A stretch of 64,000 nucleotides of DNA from Selaginella moellendorffii. Taxonomy: Eukaryota > Plantae > Lycopodiophyta. Position numbers and translations under genes: made by a program. Each line of letters begins with the position of its first letter. Position 1 is the first letter of the stretch. The notes beneath the pieces were generated by a model. That model ran no database searches and had not been told where the DNA came from. It was given only the letters and a program-made list of their open reading frames with translations. Positions 59,195 to 64,000 of this stretch are shown here, in pieces. The stretch spans positions 6,887,973-6,951,972 of the forward strand of contig NW_003314261.1 of NCBI RefSeq assembly GCF_000143415.4. Reading direction: 5' to 3'.

Positions 59195-62100
59195 TCAATC
59201 TTCTTCTGCTTCCATATCCAGAAAAGTAGAAATGGGTATAGTGGAATGCTCCTTCACTATAGGCTCGTGTTGTATGTAATGTTGTGCCATACGTTCAGCA
59301 TAAATAGGTAAGTGGAATTGACTTTGGTCCATATGATCATCCATATCATCAAGATCAAGCGTGTGGACTGAAACACTGTGTGTGATAAGTGTAGACCTAA
59401 TAAAATAGAAACATTTGAGAATAAATATTATAGATTATTTCAAGCACTAACATCACCTGTCGCAAAATCTCCTAAGAATGTCCTCAAAGGCACCCTCCTT
59501 CTCAAGTGCAAAAACCGCTCGGCCTGTCTCTTTTGCTGCCTGCACCATTGATCCAAATCCTATTGTAGCATCAAGCACAATCCCCTTTGGCGGACAAAAT
59601 AACTCCAACAAGATTTGCATGGCCGTGACCGAACGATGTCGATAACCAGGGAACGCTGGGTGAAGAACGTCCGAGTCAATCACATTTGGGATGATGTCTG
59701 TAGAGCTGTCATATCCTGGTAAAGCAAGAGCAGCACGCTCGTCAGCTCGTGTGGCATTACGCCGGTTCCCAATGTGGCATAGAGCATGGTAGTTCCAGGA
59801 ATAAATCTGGAAAAAAAAAATAGAATAGAGTTAATTTATAAATAAAGAAGTCACACACCTTTCGCGTCTGCCTGCTAGTGCCTTTTGTGTCCACCGCCAT
59901 ACTCGAAAGAAGGCAGCCAGATGAAAACTCAACAAATCCATCATCGTTGTCAGCCAAGTGTGCGAGAAGGCCTTCCCACATTGGAGAGCGAGGAAGGATC
60001 ATGACAACCACACCCTCGTATGTCATGAAGCTGCTCGCAACCTTTAAGGCTTGGGAAATGTGTTGGGCCTGCAACACATTCCATGACGGAGTATCCCCCT
60101 GTGGTGGTGCCATCCCATCGGGAAGATCAAAAAAGATGAAATCGATCTTCCCATAAGGTGTGAGCTGACCCAAACCATGGATCCACCGATCAAGCATGTA
60201 GAGCTCCCGACTAGTAGCATCTAAAAGCTGTGTGTAATCCCCAATGAGAATAGCAACTTCCCCAACACTGGCCGTTGGGGATAGAGGGCGAACCTGAAAA
60301 TCAATTATTAGAACTAAAAGTTGAAGATAAAATTCATGCTTACTAACCTGTTTATGCATCGCTGCAGAGGAGAGCTCTTCTAGGTCGTCATCTGTAGCCG
60401 TAGGGAGGGATGGGAAGAATGTCTTAGTCCGCCGAAAAGACTGATGGCTACTCTCTGCAACATCTATAAAAAAAAAAGTGAAGTCAAGAATGAATAAAAG
60501 AATGTTCCAAATCAAAGTCCTTACTCTCATGAAAGGTTTCATGACGGCCCCTTCGGGGGTTGCGAGGAGCAGGTACTGGAATCTCTTGTGCTGGAATTTC
60601 CTGTACAATTTCCTCTGGTTCAACAGTATTTGGATTTGGCATCTTCTGAATGGTTTCCTGAGTGCTGACTTCTAGGTTTAGTTGTTGAACTTCAACAATG
60701 TCGTTATCACAGTCAGAAAGAGCCTCTGGAAAATAAGAATATAACTCAAGGTTAATATTTCCTAGCTAAGTGCTGAGTTTCAAGTGAACCTGGATGACAT
60801 TCAAGGTAGAGATCTAGCTCGAAGTCCGATGTTGGCATCTGCTCCACGAGTTCAAGGTACCACGGGCATAGCTCCCTCTCATGTGTACAAGGACAGTAGA
60901 ACTCTGGCTCATACATCCCAAGCTTCTTGCCTCTAGTCAGGAGCTTCTGCAAAACACCGGTTGTGTATACCGGTGCGCCGGGGCTATATTTTAAATATCT
61001 ACAAAGTAAAACAAAAATATAAATACCAATATATAAATGAGAATTGAAAAAATACCTGTAAACCATGCGCCTCGCAAGAAATGGTTGTCCTGGTTGGTTC
61101 TTGAACTCAGCCGAACTCGTCCCACCACGTGGAAGCCAACCATTCCCTAGCTCCGCAAGACAAGCACGAATATATTCTTCGAGAGTGATACCTGTGCGGG
61201 GTGCTGGAAAGAAACTTCTCATCCCAGACTTGTAGCATCTCCTCACCAGCGGCAATACTCTGAGAAATGTACGCCTTCTCCTTCATCACCTTCTCCATCC
61301 TTATCTCGCAGCGTTTTTCGTTATTTCGCAGCCAAGTGTTGAGAAGTTCCAAGCAGACACTTTGTTCAGCAAAGGACATTTTACTCTTAGAGATGTTGTA
61401 AATGAGTTCCTCTGGTGCTTTACCAGTTCCTACACACACAAAGAGTTATGAAATGTTCACAAATTTTATAAGAACTTACGAACGCAAGAACAAATCTCGG
61501 CAATGCTATCAAGCCATTCTTGCCCGCGTCGTATGTCTGCAATCAAGAGCAACTTTTTCACCTTTGTTCTCTTCGTATTCAAAATTCGCTGCTCAATCGC
61601 ATGCCACTCCATCTCCTTCTGCTGCTCGTCCCCTCGAGCATTTTTAAAGAATGACGCTCTTTCTCCTTTGATTATGGGCTGCAAGAAACATTATGTAAGT
61701 TGATACATACTTCAATAATAATTTACCTTCGCCCAGACAGCAACTAGAAAATCAAGTGGCAGTTGGTACCAAGTCTGCAATTCTTGGCCTATCCTAGCTC
61801 CTAGCTTCACTCGAATTGCTTCAAATACCTCATGATTGTACAACGTTTGGACCTCCTCTAGCGAGAGCATGCCCATAAACCGAAGGTGCTCAATGTCATG
61901 TACCAATGTATGAGCTTGAAACGCAAATTGGTTTAGCCTGCAAAAACACGATATTAGCTAAGTTTACAAAAAATAAATTCTTACATGTTGATCTTATGGC
62001 ATGCCATGTTGAGCTTCACAGTGTGCTCCCGAGTCATTGGTTCAACAAGTGTGACTAGAACACTAATGTGTCGTTCTTCGTCATCTCGGAACTTCTCTTG

Positions 62101-63053
62101 AATGCACTTCCAAAATGCCAGCCACCTATGGTTTCCATCGATCACCCAAAAGAGCTTTCCAATGAACCCTGCTGTCTCCACATGTTGTCCTAAGAATCCA
62201 TCAAACTCACGAGACTTTCGCAGCCATATAGGATCCCATTTTTCCTCAAGTTCAGTAGTCACTGACTCTGTCCGGCCGGTTCCAGGGAAAGTTGGTGAAA
62301 CGATGAAGGTACCAGCTGTGCTCCCAAACCCGACCTCGGCAAAGGAGCTGTAGATAGCCATGTTGAGGTCGTAAGCTGAGCGCACCCAATGGCTTTGAAC
62401 CAATCGGCACAAAGGAACTAGAAATCGATGAGGGCCATTCCACGCCATTTCCTGTAACACTTTACTGACTGTCCGTTCTTGAGCTTGGATAATTGTGTCC
62501 CGAACACGATCATTCAAGATGGTGTCAGAATCATGCATGCATAATCCCTCACCACCATTAGCTCCCCCTGCACCACCAGCCTGAGGAGCAGTAGGAGCAG
62601 CTACCATGCCCCCAGTAGCCTCTGTAGTAGATCCACCTACAACGCTACCAATAACGTCCTCAGCTGGTTCATTGACCTGGCCGCGAGCAGCCTCAGCAAC
62701 CGAAGGCATAGCACCCCCACCACCGCCAACATCAGATGCAAGTACCCCACCACCAGTACCCGCAGCCTCAGGAACACCAGTACCAACAGCCTCAATAACA
62801 CCAACATCGATTTGAGTGTTCATCTCAACATCCACGTCATTGTTATACTCATCGTTGCCTCCAGCATGACTAGCCGAAACTTCATTAGATACTTGAGATG
62901 AATCTCCACTCAATCGGCCAAGCCCACAGCGATCAAGGCGGCTGCCTTTTCCTGGAGATCGAGACCATTGAGGTTGGCCTCGGCGCTTCCTCTAAAATAA
63001 AAAGCAAAACTATTAAAACATCTAACTTGTAATGTAAAGCAAACCTGTGGCAT
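59195..63053 (-). CDS. NLS + ParB/Srx-like domain + beta-class amino (N6A/N4C) DNA methyltransferase-fold protein; 11 coding exons, ~1,090 aa, one apparent frameshift (~61213)
   Basis: MPQ|RKRR start, FWVIDGNHRW, ILIGDY, IDFIFFDLPDG (motif IV), SFMTYEGVVVMI (motif VI), LLELFCPPKGIVLDATIGFGSMVQAAKETGRAVFALEKE (motifs X-I-II), ending FLDMEAEED*. Introns are GT-AG, ~47-63 nt and phase-compatible. Confidence 0.78.
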
Positions 63054-63202
63054 TTGAAGTTCAAGTCCCTTTTTGGAAGTTTCAAGCAGTCAAGCTTGAT
63101 TTATATCTGCTCTCACAAGAAAAGTTTGTAAGTAAAAGATGTGAAAAATAGATTGTAAACTACAAGAAATGCAAAGGAAAAAAACATAAGTCACTGGGAG
63201 AG

Positions 63203-63724
63203 GTTGGTTCGCGCGAGAACTAACCTCACCCTACCTCTCAAGAAAAAGGAAAAACACAACAAGAATACGGGAGAGGTCGGTTCGCGCAAGAACCGACATC
63301 TTCCACCCTCTAATTTTCACATGAAATGCCCCATCAAGTCAATGAAATAAAAAAAAAAACCTTGAAGATGTCGGTTCGCACAAGAACCGACATTTCAATC
63401 TTTCTCTGTTTTCTAAAATATAGAAATCTCACCACTAGAAACATGAAAAAAATCAAGAAAGCTCGCTTCTAGAAAAAATGAAGGTGGGGAGACGTCGGTT
63501 CGCGCGCGAACCGATCTTTCCCACCCCTTCAACAAGGAAAAAAAAAAAAAAACGAGGTAGAGATGGGCAAAAAGCTAAATAGAAAATGAAATAGAATGCT
63601 AGGAGATGTCGGTTCGCACAAGAACCGACATCTCTATCCCTCAAGAGAAAACAAAAGTTGAGAAAATAGAAACTTCTAATGGAAGAAAGAAAGTGAGGAG
63701 ACGTCGGTTTGCGCGCGAACCGAC
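63203..63724. repeat. Array of six 22-bp palindromes GTCGGTTC-N6-GAACCGAC
   Basis: Copies start at 63203, 63276, 63370, 63494, 63608 and 63703, separated by A-rich spacers. Confidence 0.92.
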
Positions 63725-64000
63725 CTTCTCAAGGAAGCATACCTTGTTTGAGGAGCGTCTTGAAGCACATTGCTTGATTGAAGTGCCTTTCTCTCGCCCT
63801 TCCCTGCTCAAGCGCGCCTTTCTTTCGCCCTTTGCTGCTCAAACCCTAGGCGTAAAACCCTAAAAATCAACGGACGCGATCAACAGTCACGATCAATGGC
63901 CATGATTTTCATTCTCTTTGATGGTGATCAATGGACACAATCATTCAATGCTTTAGATATTAAGATATGTATAATTGATTGTGAGAGGAATAATAATGTT

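Larger units (their letters stand above)
58928..64000. mobile_element. Putative DNA transposon carrying the ParB-MTase gene (left end only)
   Basis: The Gypsy protease stops abruptly at ..CTATA|GAGGGGCTGGGTAGTTTTTGAGC, followed by four 10-bp-period AAGTCAA repeats. No transposase and no partner terminus are visible in the window. Confidence 0.45.

Noticed and set aside
63203-63724. CRISPR array
   Set aside because: The repeats are palindromic, but spacers vary from 51 to 102 bp and are A-rich and low-complexity. There are no cas genes and the context is a eukaryotic intron.
1-64000. tRNA, rRNA or other structured ncRNA genes; a co-regulated ion-nutrition gene cluster (HAK, HAK, PTB)
   Set aside because: No RNA gene was recognised. 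The transporter proximity is explainable by chance or old duplication.

Overview
Eukaryotic land-plant nuclear DNA. It is gene-dense, with very short GT-AG introns (about 47-65 nt) and PLS-class PPR genes, most consistent with a lycophyte such as Selaginella (inference from style, not a database match). Positions 1-49 kb hold ordinary plant genes: two HAK/KUP K+ transporters, two class III peroxidases, a FEZ-like NAC, an NPH3/RPT2-like protein, a P-loop kinase, two PPRs, a PiT/PTB phosphate transporter, a TruA pseudouridine synthase, an RPD3 HDAC, an OVATE protein, ALDH2 and F-box genes. Region 3.16-19.0 kb is a ~7.8-8.0 kb tandem duplication laid over an older, decayed duplication, and each unit carries an unrecognised modular membrane-protein gene. 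Positions 49.5-59 kb are Copia and Gypsy remnants. The top finding is at 58.9-63.9 kb: an 11-exon, ~1,090-aa gene (minus strand) that fuses an NLS, a ParB/Srx-like domain and a bacterial-type beta-class N6A/N4C DNA methyltransferase fold. Its 5'-UTR intron holds six helically phased 22-bp palindromes (GTCGGTTC-N6-GAACCGAC), and it appears to sit inside a DNA transposon inserted into a Gypsy remnant. All gene models were spliced by eye and no searches were run.
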